Positions 49,318-64,000 are shown, counted from the stretch's first letter. The stretch is DNA of 64,000 bases from Vicinamibacteria bacterium (GCA_963668695.2 CAXXLQ010000004.1:1888001-1952000); one strand, 5' to 3'. Translations and numbers: made by a program. Notes: generated from the sequence alone by a model not told the origin.

Positions 49318-50345
49318 CTAGCCGCTGCTCGCGAACTGGGTGGCTATCTCGGTGAGCCAGGGCTGGATCGCGCGGTAGAGGCGGTTGCGGCAATGGAAGC
49401 GGTACAGGTAGGTCCGGTCGTCCACCAGGTTGTAGATCACCCATTCCAGATAGTCGGCCAACTGGGTCTCTACCGAGTAGAGCACGGCGATCCCGCGGCC
49501 GTCCTCGAGGATGTCGTGGCGGAGCATCCGGTAGCTCTCCCCGAGACTCTCCGCGGCGGCGCTGTAGAAGCCCTCGAGTGTCACTCCCGGTTCGGCGTTG
49601 CTGACCGTGACCTCAAGCGTCGCGTGGACGGTGGTGCCGTCGGCGTCCACCGCCAGCGGGCCGCTGCGGAAGCCCACGAAGAGCGTTTCGCCGGGTTCCC
49701 GGAGGAAGTGGGAACGGGTCCAACTCTGCGGATACCGCAGGGTGAGATCAAAGTCCGGGTCCTCGTACACGTCGAAGTAGTCCGCGGCCTCGATCGAAAA
49801 CCCCTCGTACATGCGGTCGAGGGTGGGTCCGTAGGCAAGGACGCTTCGCGCCTCTCCGGTGGCGAACACTCCGTAGAGGATCCCCTCTCTCTCGATCAAG
49901 AGCAGACGGCCCGCTTGCGGGCGCCGGTCCCATTCGAAGGTCCAGACGAGACCCTCGTTGGCGCCGAGTGGGAATGGCTCTTCGGAAAGCACGATCTGCT
50001 CACCGATGTAGAAGCGGTCAGCGACCTCCCGAAGCGTCTGGTCCGGGGGCGCCGGACCGGCCATTACCTGCACCTGGATCCCGTCCCGCTCGGGAACGTC
50101 CACCGACGGACCGGTGAAGGTCGTCATTCGGTAGCCGCCCTGCTGGTTCGAGGCGGAGGTCCATCCCTGGGGAAGTGGCAGGGACACGGCGATGTCCGGC
50201 ACGTACACGGTGATCAGCCGCGGTTGGCCGGTCTGGCGGCAGGAGAGCGAGAGAGCGATCCCGAGTACGGCGATCAGGCCGGTCGCGACCGCGCCCCGGT
50301 TGCGCAAGCCGGTCCGCAGACGGCGGGATCCGGAGGCAGTGACCA

Positions 50346-50346
<1 letters not shown>
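49318..50346 (-). CDS. Hypothetical lipoprotein with two PsbP-like repeats
   Basis: Lipobox LSLSC; SLPLPQGW and TLRYPQSW repeats; start overlaps the guaB stop. Confidence 0.7.
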
Positions 50347-54820
<4,474 letters not shown>

Positions 54821-54851
54821 TCGTCGGAGCCGGGTAAACCCGTCAATTTAG

Positions 54852-54950
54852 CAGCCTGTGGGCGAAGTGACGTGAGCGCCGTGGCCGGGGCGGAGGGTGG
54901 CGGACAAAGCCGTGCGAGGGAGGACCGGCCGACGTTCTGAGTGTCCACCA
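54852..54950 (-). repeat. Partial, diverged family A-like element
   Basis: TTAG+CAGCCTGTGGGCGAAGTGACGTGAGCGCCG, as at 51815, then diverging. Confidence 0.65.
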
Positions 54951-55037
54951 ACACGTACGGTGGCTCTGTATCCCGACGAATGGTCACTGTCGCGTGTCCC
55001 ACCGGAGATGTCGACTCCCTGAACGAGCGAAAACAAC

Positions 55038-55739
55038 GGCAGCGAACTTTGTTCGCGGCCCGCGTGATCGGGGGGAAAGTGTGAAAGGGGGGCCACCGCC
55101 CCCCTTTCACAAGAAGACAACCAGGAATCGGAACTCGCCGTAGCGCGCCACAGGCGCGCGAGGGAGTTTCGATTCCCGAGCCAGGAGCGGCTGGGAGTCG
55201 GGTCCCCCGACCCCAACCCCTCCTGCTCCGGGGTCTCCGTGCGGCTCTCGCCGCACTTCGGAAGTCCGGCGCGAAGCGCCGGGCGGTTCCCGGACGGGGC
55301 CCCGACACAATCGGAACTGACGTATCAGATCGCCAGCGTTAGTGGCCCCGTGGTAGGTGCGTAGCAGCGGGGAACCTGTCCGCGAGAAAATAACTGATGG
55401 GCTCGAACCCTGTGGGTTCGAGCCCCACGCAGCGGGGGAAAGTGTGAAAGGGGTCCTCCCCTTTCACAAGACGGTAACGACGAATCGAGACTCGCCGCCG
55501 CCAAGTTTTCCCCGGCTAGGTGGCAGGTCTGGAGTCGAGTTCGCGCGGCGGGAGTTTCGATTCCCGAGCCAGGAGCGGCTGGGAGTCGGGTTCCCCGACC
55601 CCAACCCCTCCCGCTCCGGGGTCTCCGTGCGGCTCTCGCCGCACTTCGGAAGCGCGGCGCGAAGCGCCGGGCGGTTCCCGGACGGGGCCCCGACACAATC
55701 GGAACTGACGTATCAGATCGCCAGCGTTAGTGGCCCCGT
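55038..55739. repeat. Two tandem family B repeats sharing a 190-bp near-identical segment
   Basis: 55162-55351 and 55550-55739 differ at about 4 positions. Confidence 0.9.
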
Positions 55740-55789
55740 CCGGGAACCGCCCGACGGCCAGCGGCTCGCGGACAGAGTGGCGCGAGCGC

Positions 55790-55951
55790 AGAGAGCGGCG
55801 AGGCGCCCGGCTGACAAGGCGCGCGAGGGAGGAATACCGAGTGTATTTCGACCGAAGCGCAACGATGAGCGCCGCGAAGCGCCAGTTCTCCCGGTGGGGG
55901 GGCGGTTCAGCCGGGATGGATCGCTGGTTGAACGCCGCGCGACTCTGTCTG
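55790..55951 (-). repeat. Family A body without intact ends; 18-nt unit at a unique site (55882-55899)
   Basis: GAGAGCGGCGAGGCGCCCGGCTGACAAGG...GAAGCG[18]GGGCGGTTCAGCCGGG. Confidence 0.82.
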
Positions 55952-55959
55952 GGGGCCGC

Positions 55960-56898
55960 TCAGGGCGTGTAGTCCACGATGTAATTCAGCGGGTTCTGGG
56001 CTCGCTCGTTGATCCACACTTCATAGTGGAGGTGGGGAGCGCGGCTGCGCCCGGTGTTCCCCACGAGTCCCAGTACCTGGCCGCGGCGGAGCCGCTGGCT
56101 GCGTCGAACGTCAATCCGGGAAAGGTGCGCGTAACGGGTCACCGCGCCGAAACCATGGGAAACCACGACGTTCTTCCCGTAGGTTGGCGAGGTCGATGTC
56201 TCGATGACGAGACCATCCGCGGTGACGCGTATCGGGGTTCCCGTGCCCGCATTGAGATCCAGCCCGTAGTGCCTTTCGATTTCTCCGGTAAACGGATCGT
56301 TGCGCTGCCCGAATCCGGATGACATGTATCCGCGGATCGGCCAGATGGACGGGGTTGACGCGAGCAGCCTGCTCTTCTCCCGCATGGTCCGTTCGAGCGC
56401 AACGCCTTGCTGATCGAGGGAGGCGATTCTGCCGGACAGATCCTCAAGCCGATTGCTCACGTAGTCGTACCCCGCCGGCGTTCCCACGGCGCCGCCGATG
56501 CCACCGATCGGAATGGGGACCGGTTCGGCGCCGGCGATTACCGCCAGCTTGCGCATCCGCATTTCGAGGGACTCGATCCGGCTGGCCATCCGCTCCGTAT
56601 CCTCGGCGTAGTCGCGATTCAACTGACGAAGAGCGTCGCGCTCTTCCTCCAGGGTCGCCGAACCAGGCCCGGGACTGACGAGCAGCCAACCGTAGTGCCC
56701 GACAATGCCAAGGGAAAGGAGCGCGGCGCAGGCAGCCGCCCGTCGGGTTCGGGAACTGATCCGAACCTCGCGCGGCGTGTGGTTCCGCGCACCGAAGACA
56801 ATGATTCTGGTGGGAATCCTGACCGAATCTACTGAGTTTCCCCGGGAAGGGGCGCGTCCGAAGAGCCGCCGACGCAAGGGTATGTTCCGCCCAAACAT
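55960..56898 (-). CDS. M23 family metallopeptidase
   Basis: TPSIWP, HYGLD, TRYAHL, PHLHYEV; TM segment plus coiled coil; start uncertain. Confidence 0.92.
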   Translation of the reverse strand: MFGRNIPLRRRLFGRAPSRGNSVDSVRIPTRIIVFGARNHTPREVRISSRTRRAAACAALLSLGIVGHYGWLLVSPGPGSATLEEERDALRQLNRDYAEDTERMASRIESLEMRMRKLAVIAGAEPVPIPIGGIGGAVGTPAGYDYVSNRLEDLSGRIASLDQQGVALERTMREKSRLLASTPSIWPIRGYMSSGFGQRNDPFTGEIERHYGLDLNAGTGTPIRVTADGLVIETSTSPTYGKNVVVSHGFGAVTRYAHLSRIDVRRSQRLRRGQVLGLVGNTGRSRAPHLHYEVWINERAQNPLNYIVDYTP

Positions 56899-56954
56899 AG
56901 AGTTACGACCAGATTGTGACCGCTGCCGCTCGGGAATTCAACTCCTTGGGCGGA

Positions 56955-57383
56955 TCAGCGTTCCGACACCGAAGGGCGGTGCGCCGATTTGTGAGACAGC
57001 ACGATGAACCGGGGGAGATCGTTTTCCTGCCACGTGACGGTTCCGCCGGATTTCAGAGTGCGGATCTTCTGAAGACAGCGCCGGATCGGATCCTGAAGGG
57101 GGTCGATCTCAACGAGAATCGCCTCCGGCGGCAAGGCATCCAGCGCCGCCAGACCGTCCGAGAGCAGGCTCTCGGCGCCCTGGAATCCGGAAGTCTGCAA
57201 GTGGTACATCCCGGCGGCAAGCTTCACCAGAGCCTTCAGGGACTCGCGCCGCACTCCCCGGGTCGCGGCCCACTCCTCTTCGAGAACATCGTGGCTTTCG
57301 TAGTATGCCCGCTCGTTGAAGAGCCCGGCGGCCTCTGCCAGTGCGGAGGAATGCCCTTCGGCGGGTCCGGTGATTCCGGTCAC
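56955..57383 (-). CDS. DUF309 domain protein
   Basis: LFNERAYYESHDVLEEEW...LVKLAAGMYH. Confidence 0.88.
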   Translation of the reverse strand: MTGITGPAEGHSSALAEAAGLFNERAYYESHDVLEEEWAATRGVRRESLKALVKLAAGMYHLQTSGFQGAESLLSDGLAALDALPPEAILVEIDPLQDPIRRCLQKIRTLKSGGTVTWQENDLPRFIVLSHKSAHRPSVSER

Positions 57384-59029
57384 GCGTTCCCCCTGAGCGC
57401 CTTGGCGTCGGGGTTCGCGCCGGTCGGTGTGATCCCGGCGGAACCCGGTTCGCTCAGTTCGGCGGCCGCCCGGAACTGAATCGCTTCCTCAAAGTGCAAC
57501 GGCTCAATGTTGTCGCTCCCCGCGAGGTCGGCGATGGTCCGGGCCACCCGGAAGGCGCGGGTGATGCCGCGCGTGGACATACCGAGGCCATCCATCGCCC
57601 AGGAAACCAGCGATCGAAACGGGCCGGAGAGCGATGCCTGTTTCACTTCGGCGATCGACGTGCGAGCTGGCGTCGTTGCTGTCCGGAACCTCTCGTCCCG
57701 TCGGCGACGGGCCAGGTGCACCCGCTCCCGCACGGGGGCAGTGGACTCGCCGGAGGCCGGGCCCAATACATCTCCGGAGGTTACCGGGCGGACTGTCAGG
57801 TGGATGTCCATACGGTCGAGTAGCGGGCCGGAAATGCGTGAGCGGTAGCGCGCGACGGAGGCGGGAGGACAGCGGCAGGGTCGCCCTCCCTCGCCGTGGA
57901 AGCCGCAGGGACACGGATTCATGGCTGCCACCAGTTGGAACTGCGCCGGGAAGCGGACGGAGTGGCGGACGCGCCCGATGTGAATGTCCCCGCTCTCGAG
58001 CGGCTGGCGCAAGCACTCCAGAACCGGGCGCTGGAATTCGGAAAGTTCGTCCAGGAACAGCACCCCGTGATGCGCGAGGGTCATTTCCCCCGGCCGGGGT
58101 CCCGATCCTCCGCCGGCCATGCCGGCATAGGAGATCGTGTGGTGCGGCGCCCGGAACGGAGGCCGCTGCGGCGGGCCGGAGAGCGGCTGGCCGATGGCCG
58201 AACGGATGCGAGCCACCTCCATGGCCTGTTCCGGGGAGAGTTGGGGAAGCAGATCCGGAAGGATGCCGACGAGCAGGGTCTTCCCGCTTCCGGGCGGACC
58301 GACAAAGAGGAGGTTGTGGGAACCGGCCGCGGCGATCTCGAGGGCCCGCCGCGCGCGTGGCTGTCCGCATACTTGAGCGAGGTCTACTCCGGAGCGGGAT
58401 GCCACGGGCGGCCGGGGGGAGGGCTGATGGGGCGGGGGAAGCGACGGAGCGGTCAGCAGATCGGCGGCGGCGCGGAGACTGGAAGCGGGATACACCCGAA
58501 CCCCGGCGGCCATGGCGGTCTCGTCCGCGTTTTCGGGGGGCACGATGGCTGTTTGCATACCGGCGGCTGCTGCTTCCCAGGCGATCGGCAGCCCGCCGGG
58601 TGCCGGCCGTATCGAGCCGTCGAGGGCCAGCTCACCGAGCAGCAGGGTGTCCGCCAACCGGTGGCGAGGCACCACCCCGGTAGCGGCGAGCACACCGAGC
58701 GCAACCGCCAGATCAAAGCCCGCTCCTTCCTTGCGAACCCCGGCCGGAGCCAGATTGACCACGACGTGTCCGTTCGGGACGTGGAATCCGCTGTTGCGCA
58801 GCGCCGCCTTGACCCGGAGTTGTGCTTCGCGGACTACGGCGTCCGGGAGACCCACGGTGCGAAACGAGGATTGGTCCGCGCGCTGCAGGTCTACTTCGAC
58901 ACGAATCAACAGCCCCTCGACTCCCCGGACGGTCCCGGTCCGGGTGACTGCAAGCAGCCGTCCCGTGCCGGTGCCCCGGCCGGCGGTGGGATCGGTATCG
59001 GAAGCTGGAGCCGGTCGCACAAAAAGCAC
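57380..59029 (-). CDS. comM: YifB/ComM Mg-chelatase-like AAA+ ATPase
   Basis: VGLPD, NLAPA, GELALDG, GPPGSGKT, PFRAPHHT, LFLDEL, MNPCPCG, SGPLLDR; true start may be about 75 nt further in. Confidence 0.92.
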   Translation of the reverse strand: MLFVRPAPASDTDPTAGRGTGTGRLLAVTRTGTVRGVEGLLIRVEVDLQRADQSSFRTVGLPDAVVREAQLRVKAALRNSGFHVPNGHVVVNLAPAGVRKEGAGFDLAVALGVLAATGVVPRHRLADTLLLGELALDGSIRPAPGGLPIAWEAAAAGMQTAIVPPENADETAMAAGVRVYPASSLRAAADLLTAPSLPPPHQPSPRPPVASRSGVDLAQVCGQPRARRALEIAAAGSHNLLFVGPPGSGKTLLVGILPDLLPQLSPEQAMEVARIRSAIGQPLSGPPQRPPFRAPHHTISYAGMAGGGSGPRPGEMTLAHHGVLFLDELSEFQRPVLECLRQPLESGDIHIGRVRHSVRFPAQFQLVAAMNPCPCGFHGEGGRPCRCPPASVARYRSRISGPLLDRMDIHLTVRPVTSGDVLGPASGESTAPVRERVHLARRRRDERFRTATTPARTSIAEVKQASLSGPFRSLVSWAMDGLGMSTRGITRAFRVARTIADLAGSDNIEPLHFEEAIQFRAAAELSEPGSAGITPTGANPDAKALRGNA

Positions 59030-59070
59030 AGACGGAATTCCCGGCGTTTTCTTCCCGCTTCGGCATCGAT

Positions 59071-59079
59071 TGTGGATAA
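59071..59079 (-). promoter_or_regulatory. Single consensus DnaA box
   Basis: TGTGGATAA (TTATCCACA) between the divergent comM and ccdA genes. Confidence 0.35.
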
Positions 59080-59164
59080 GTCATCGTGGAGGCGCCGTTT
59101 TGCGGGGTATCGCCGCCTCAGCGATCCGCACGGGATACGATTCGGGCTCGGCGGGGCTTCGCCG

Positions 59165-59236
59165 GGCCGTCTCGGGTACAAGTCACCCGATCCGGGGCCC
59201 CTCCGGGAGAACTGGCAGAGGCCGGTTCTCCGGCCG
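59165..59236 (-). repeat. Degenerate family C repeat with 18-nt variant (59198-59215)
   Basis: Reverse complement GGAGAACCGGCCTCTG[CCAGTTCTCCCGGAGGGG]CCCCGGATC. Confidence 0.6.
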
Positions 59237-59259
59237 CTTCCCGCCTTCTCCTTCGCTTC

Positions 59260-59991
59260 ATGGATTTCTTCACGCTGCTCACCGCCTTCGGGGCCGGAGT
59301 GCTGTCGTTCCTGTCGCCCTGCGTGTTGCCCCTCGTGCCGGGATATATCTCCTTCGTCTCGGGGGCCTCGTTGAGCGAACTGGCGGACGGGGCGCTCACC
59401 GGGGATGCGGTAGCCCGCCGGCGCCGGGTCATCGTGAACACCGTCGCCTTCGTGCTGGGCTTTTCGATCGTGTTCGTGGCGATGGGCGCCTCGGCAACCT
59501 ATGCCGGGCAGTGGCTCGCCGGAAACCGGATCATGCTCGGCCGGATCGCGGGGACGGTCATCGTGGTGTTCGGCCTGCACGTGATGGGGGTTCTGAAGAT
59601 CCCCTTCCTGAACGTGGAAAAACGCTTCCATTCGAGCCGCGAGCCCGTCAGCCTGCTCGGCTCGTTCGGGATCGGTCTCGCGTTCGCGTTTGGGTGGTCG
59701 CCCTGTATCGGACCGATCCTCGCCGGCGTTCTGGTTCTGGCCGCGAACTATGAGACGGTGACCCAGGGCATCATCCTGCTGAGCGCGTACTCGCTTGGAC
59801 TCGGGGTCCCCTTCCTGCTTACCGGGATCGCGGTGGATCGCTTCTTCGCGCTCTCCAAGAAAGTAAAGCGGCACATGCGGGTGGTGGAAATCGTCGCGGG
59901 CGTGCTTCTCGTAGTCATCGGAGTGCTGGTGTTCACCGACAGCCTCCAGGCGCTCTCGCAGTACCTCACTTTCCTTCCGGTGCTTGGCTGA
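59260..59991 (+). CDS. ccdA: Cytochrome c biogenesis protein CcdA
   Basis: AGVLSFLSPCVLPLVPGY, FAFGWSPCIGPIL, YSLGLGVPF. Confidence 0.93.
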   Translation: MDFFTLLTAFGAGVLSFLSPCVLPLVPGYISFVSGASLSELADGALTGDAVARRRRVIVNTVAFVLGFSIVFVAMGASATYAGQWLAGNRIMLGRIAGTVIVVFGLHVMGVLKIPFLNVEKRFHSSREPVSLLGSFGIGLAFAFGWSPCIGPILAGVLVLAANYETVTQGIILLSAYSLGLGVPFLLTGIAVDRFFALSKKVKRHMRVVEIVAGVLLVVIGVLVFTDSLQALSQYLTFLPVLG

Positions 59992-60013
59992 CCTTTCCTT
60001 AGCGGGGTACCCC

Positions 60014-60400
60014 ATGCCGACGTGGCTCTTGTTTTCGATGTTGCTGGCTATCAGTTCTGGCGGCCAAGAGGTTTGGGTCGTTCCGGACGAGGCCCGGAAC
60101 CTGGAGAGCCCGGTTCCCCTCACCGATGCTGCGCTGACGGCCGGCGAGAAGGCCTACGGTGCGCGGTGCGCCTCCTGCCACGGCGACTCGGGCAAGGGCG
60201 ACGGCAAGGCCACCCGGTTTATCCGCCCGGCGCCCGCCGACATCTCGACTGCGGAAGCGCGGGATCGGATGACGGACGGCGAGATGTTCTACAAGATCAC
60301 CGAGGGGAAGAAGCCGATGCCGGGTATGGCCCGGACGCTCAGCGACGAGGAACGCTGGCAGGTGGTGCACTACGTGAGGACGCTCCAGCCGGCGCGCTAG
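60014..60400 (+). CDS. Monoheme c-type cytochrome
   Basis: CASCHG, GKGDG, TDGEMFYKITEG, PMP. Confidence 0.92.
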   Translation: MPTWLLFSMLLAISSGGQEVWVVPDEARNLESPVPLTDAALTAGEKAYGARCASCHGDSGKGDGKATRFIRPAPADISTAEARDRMTDGEMFYKITEGKKPMPGMARTLSDEERWQVVHYVRTLQPAR

Positions 60401-60597
60401 CAGCCTGTGGTGAAACCCAAGCGGCGTTCGACCGGCGATGCATCCCGGCTGAACCACTCCGCTGCGCTCCGTTCTGCGTTGCGTTTCGGTCGAAATACAC
60501 GCGGTATTCCTCCCTCACGCGCCTTGTCAGCCGGACCCCCACCGGGAGAACTGGGCCTCGCCGCTCTCGGCGCTCACCCGGGTTCCACCACCGGCTG
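60401..60597 (+). mobile_element. Family A element, site 1 empty, reversed 18-nt unit at 60537-60554
   Basis: CTAG (gene stop)+CAGCCTGTGGTGAAACCC ... GGGTTCCACCACCGGCTG. Confidence 0.88.
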
Positions 60598-60624
60598 CCA
60601 ACCAGACGACGGAGGATGACCATC

Positions 60625-61185
60625 ATGCCCGCTCCCAGGAATCTACCCGCACCGAACATCGCGTCCGGCTTTGCCCTCCTGCTTGCAGGTCTGCTCGTCC
60701 TGTCCTCGTGTGGTGCTCCCCCGCCAGGGGCCGGAGGCGGCGCCGGTGGAATGGCCGAAGTGGCGCCGGATCTCACCCTGGCGCGGATCGAGCGCGACGG
60801 CGAGGTGAGTCTGCGGGGCGATGGGGCTGGCAAGGTGGTGCTGGTGGACCTCTGGGCCACCTGGTGCGTCCCCTGCGTGGCCGAGCTGCCGCACCTGCAG
60901 GAATTGTCCGAGACCCTTTCCGAGGATGACTTTCTGATGCTCGGAATCGTTCTGGATTCCGGTGACGCGGAGAAAGTCGCACCGTTCCTGGCGGAAAAGG
61001 GCCTCACCTATCCGAACGTGATGGGTTCCAACGAAGCCCGCGATTCGTTCGGTCCGTTCCTCGGCTATCCCACGAAGTACCTCATCGATCGCGACGGCAA
61101 GCTCGTCAAGCGCTACCTCGGCGCCGTCGGCGAACTCCTGAACGAGGAAATCGGCAAGCTGATCGAGACCGGCACCCTCAACTGA
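60625..61185 (+). CDS. TlpA-family thiol:disulfide oxidoreductase lipoprotein
   Basis: Lipobox LSSC, DLWATWCVPC, GYPTKYLIDRDG. Confidence 0.92.
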   Translation: MPAPRNLPAPNIASGFALLLAGLLVLSSCGAPPPGAGGGAGGMAEVAPDLTLARIERDGEVSLRGDGAGKVVLVDLWATWCVPCVAELPHLQELSETLSEDDFLMLGIVLDSGDAEKVAPFLAEKGLTYPNVMGSNEARDSFGPFLGYPTKYLIDRDGKLVKRYLGAVGELLNEEIGKLIETGTLN

Positions 61186-61236
61186 GGGAGCGCCGGCCGC
61201 CGGCCGGCATCGTCCGCCGCACGCGGACGAAAGCCT
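61186..61236 (+). repeat. Family C repeat, empty allele
   Basis: GGGAGCGCCGGCCGCCGGCCGGCATCGTCCGCCGCACGCGGACGAAAGCC directly after the stop codon. Confidence 0.7.
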
Positions 61237-61331
61237 CGCTGCTCACTCTCACGGCCGGCACAACGCTGCCATCCCTGCGGTTCAACCTCTCACGGGGAAG
61301 GGATGACGGATTGACCAACGAGCAGACTCAT

Positions 61332-61487
61332 GGCAGCGAACTCTGTTCGCTGCCCGCGATTTCGGGGGAAAGTGTGAAAGGGGGGATTCCCCCCTTTCAC
61401 AAGAAGACAACGACGAATCGCGGCTCGCCGCCGCTCGCCAACGGCGCGCAAGGGAGTTGTGATTCGCGGCGCGAAGCGCCGGGCGGT
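61332..61487. repeat. Family B repeat
   Basis: Highly similar to 42395-42550. Confidence 0.88.
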
Positions 61488-61543
61488 CTGGGGGCGGGGC
61501 GTGCGGGCCGATCCACCTTTGACGTATCTGTGCTGGCCAAGAA

Positions 61544-62863
61544 TTACGCCCCGCCCCCAGTCCGCCCGACGTCCAACTGGCCTTCAGACGCCGCCACCGC
61601 AGACGCGACCGCGAGGTCGCCGGTGACGTTCGTCGCGGTCCGCAGCATGTCCAGAATCCGGTCCACACCGAGGATGAGCGCCACGCCCTCGGTGGGCACT
61701 CCGATCGCCTGCAGGATGATGACGAGCATGATGATGCCGGCTCCGGGCACCGCCGCCGTACCGATCGAGACGAGCACCGCGGTGAGCACGATGGTGAGCT
61801 GGCCCTCGAGGCCAATGGACATGCCGAGTGATTGGGCGATGAAGAGGGCTGCCGCCGCCTGATAGAGGGCGGTGCCGTCCATGTTGATGGTCGCTCCCAG
61901 CGGCAGCACGAACGACGAGACCTCCTCCGAGACCCCGAGATCACGCTGGGCGCAGTCCATGGTCACCGGCAGGGTTGCGCCGCTCGAACTGGTCGAAAAC
62001 GCCACCAGTTGGACCCGCGCCGCCGCCGGGAAGAAACGACCCCAGCGAATCGGCGTGAGGAACTTGAGGATCAGTGGATAGACGACCAGCATCTGGGTGG
62101 CGAGTCCGGCGACCACCACGAGGCAGTAGAACCCGAGCGCCCCAAGGAGCTGCACCACCTCCTGCGGATCGTCCCCGGCCATTCCGGTGATTGCCCTGGC
62201 AATCAGCGCGAAAACGCCGAGCGGCGCAATCCGCATCACGATCCCGACGAACTCGACGACCACCGCCTCGAGCCCCTTGAAGAACGCGAGCAGTGGAGCG
62301 CCCTTGTCCTTCGGAATGCGTAGCAGCGCGATCCCGAACATGAGCGCCAGGAACACCACCTGGAGCATGTTCCGGTTGCTTGACGTCGAGGAGACGATGT
62401 TCGACGGCACGATGTCCTCGAGAATGCTCAAGGGGCCGCGCTCCTCCATCATCTGCTCCGCGGCTCCCTGGCGGGTGGAGGCTGCCTCCTCGTACTGCTG
62501 CGCCAGTTCCCGCCGGAGGGATTCCGGCACGTAGTCGCCGGGCCGCAGCAGGTTGGCGTACCCGAGGCCGATCGCCACCGCGATCGCCGTCGTTGTCAAA
62601 TAGATGGCGATCGTTTTCCCACCGATCCGGCTGACCTTGCGCATATCGCTGAGCGAGGCCACGCCGATGATCAGCGAGGCCAGGACCAGCGGTATCGCGA
62701 TGAGCTGCAGGCCGTTGAAGAAGACGTCCCCGAACGGCGAGATGTAGTCGTCAGTGAACTCCGTCCAGCCGAACGCTGCGGCCGTCACGCCATAGACGAT
62801 GCCGAGGGCGAGACCGAGAACGATCTGAACCCAGAGTTTCCGATACCAGGGAGTGTTCTTCAT
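61544..62863 (-). CDS. Dicarboxylate/amino acid:cation symporter (GltP/DAACS)
   Basis: AFSTSSSGATLP, LPLGATINMDGT, GVDRILDMLRTATNVTGD. Confidence 0.95.
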   Translation of the reverse strand: MKNTPWYRKLWVQIVLGLALGIVYGVTAAAFGWTEFTDDYISPFGDVFFNGLQLIAIPLVLASLIIGVASLSDMRKVSRIGGKTIAIYLTTTAIAVAIGLGYANLLRPGDYVPESLRRELAQQYEEAASTRQGAAEQMMEERGPLSILEDIVPSNIVSSTSSNRNMLQVVFLALMFGIALLRIPKDKGAPLLAFFKGLEAVVVEFVGIVMRIAPLGVFALIARAITGMAGDDPQEVVQLLGALGFYCLVVVAGLATQMLVVYPLILKFLTPIRWGRFFPAAARVQLVAFSTSSSGATLPVTMDCAQRDLGVSEEVSSFVLPLGATINMDGTALYQAAAALFIAQSLGMSIGLEGQLTIVLTAVLVSIGTAAVPGAGIIMLVIILQAIGVPTEGVALILGVDRILDMLRTATNVTGDLAVASAVAASEGQLDVGRTGGGA

Positions 62864-62984
62864 GGGAGAGTGGCGTTCGGTCGCCGTGCCGGCGAGTGCT
62901 GGGTTGCGGAAAGGGAGCCGGATTCGAGGCCCGGCTGAGTCGGGATCGCGGACTCTACCCGGAGCATGCCAGCCGGAGGGCCAA

Positions 62985-63205
62985 TAGCCGGTGGTGAAAC
63001 TCTGAGGGCAGCCATTCGCGGCGCGCAGCGCCGCGGGGGTGGGGTGTGGGGAGGGGTTTCCCCTCCCCACGAAAGAAGGTGGAGTGAATCGCGTAGCGAT
63101 TCGCACCACCAACCCGTGGGGAAAGCGCCCCGCACGCACACAAACCGTCGGATTCGGCGCGCGGGGCCTCCCGGGGCTCGGTGCGGGGTGCTTTCACCAC
63201 GGCTG
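62985..63205. mobile_element. Family D MITE-like element
   Basis: TAGCCGGTGGTGAAAC / CTTTCACCACGGCTG+CTAG (rnd stop); body matches 49096. Confidence 0.82.
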
Positions 63206-64000
63206 CTAGGGGCGTGAATCCCGGAGGATGAACCGCCCCAGCCGGCCGAGGCGGGCGAGCCGGATGGGGGGCTGGCCGCCCTCCTGCTGTGGCCCGCTCG
63301 CTCCCACCTGGATGACGGCTTGGCCCGAGAGGATCAGCAGGAGGTCCTCTCCCAGGATGCGCCGGCGGTACCCCTTGAGGGGGCGGGCGTCGGGCGCCTC
63401 ATTCGGGTAGGCGGCGACGATCGCGCGGAGTTCTTCCTGCGTGGCGAGTAGTTCGGGCGCCACGCCGTGCTCGTTGGCGCGCAGCTTGAGCCAGGTCTCC
63501 AGCAGGAGCGCCAGTGATTCCGGGGCCGGCCGCCGCTCTCGCTTGCCCTTCCCGGTGAAGGGAATCGGCTTCCGGGCGCCGGCGGCGAGCAACCGCAGCA
63601 CGGTGTCCGTGTTCTTCAGCAGCACCGCACGGGTCTGCTGGATGGTCTTCGGATCGCCCTTCGGGGGACGCCCGGCAACCGACTCATACGGGGCAAGAAG
63701 TTCGTCCGGGTTTCGAGGCTGGCGCCGGGACAGATCGCGCGCCGCGCCGTCCTTCAGGATCCAGCCACGGGGACGGTTGGAAGAACGAGCCCGGCGCTCC
63801 CTCCAGGCGGCCAGTTCCCGGAGCGAGCCACGTTGCGAAGGCGTCAGCGCCGGGGCGTCAAGGGCGCGATAGCACTCCTCGGCGGGCGGCATTCGGTAGG
63901 CTGCTTCTTCGGTGAGCGGAATCATCTCTTCCCGCAGCCAATCCAGACGTCCGAGGGTCTTCGCACGCTCGGTCAGTTTGTGCCGCAGCGGAATCAGGTA
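63206..64000 (-). CDS. rnd: Ribonuclease D (partial, HRDC-containing C-terminal part)
   Basis: Frame open to the window edge: YLIPL...GRLDWLREE, LRELAAWRERRARSSNRPRGWILKD, GVAPELLA, LKGYRRRILGE. Confidence 0.88.
   Translation of the reverse strand, partial: YLIPLRHKLTERAKTLGRLDWLREEMIPLTEEAAYRMPPAEECYRALDAPALTPSQRGSLRELAAWRERRARSSNRPRGWILKDGAARDLSRRQPRNPDELLAPYESVAGRPPKGDPKTIQQTRAVLLKNTDTVLRLLAAGARKPIPFTGKGKRERRPAPESLALLLETWLKLRANEHGVAPELLATQEELRAIVAAYPNEAPDARPLKGYRRRILGEDLLLILSGQAVIQVGASGPQQEGGQPPIRLARLGRLGRFILRDSRP

Noticed and set aside
55325-55696. SecM-like arrest peptide upstream of secA
   Set aside because: The ORFs here are repeat-derived, lack a signal peptide and show no recognisable arrest motif.
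59030-59259. Possible replication origin
   Set aside because: Only one DnaA box, no AT-rich unwinding element, no dnaA nearby.

Overview
High-GC bacterial chromosome segment, most likely Acidobacteriota (inferred from Acidobacterial-type VWA proteins, an Oar-like TonB-dependent receptor, and DUF5916 and VPS10-like proteins). It holds about 45 genes: housekeeping (secA, guaB, rnd, comM/yifB, ccdA-cytochrome c-tlpA, gltP-like symporter, cutA), many exported hydrolases, three intact toxin-antitoxin pairs and several gene fragments. The intergenic DNA is packed with at least four repeat families: A and D are MITE-like with CAGCCTGTGG...CCACAGGCTG ends, often next to CTAG/TTAA; B is a multi-hairpin element; C is REP-like. 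The most striking observation is an 18-nt unit, CCAGTTCTCCCGGTGGGG, which I count 21 times by eye, always intergenic. Comparing 'empty' and 'filled' copies of families A and C shows it as a +18 (occasionally +19) nt insertion at about seven different positions, in both orientations, once in tandem, and with no target duplication. It looks like a fixed micro-insertion written into hairpin repeats by a mechanism not encoded in this window. Product calls rest on motif recognition only; no searches were run.
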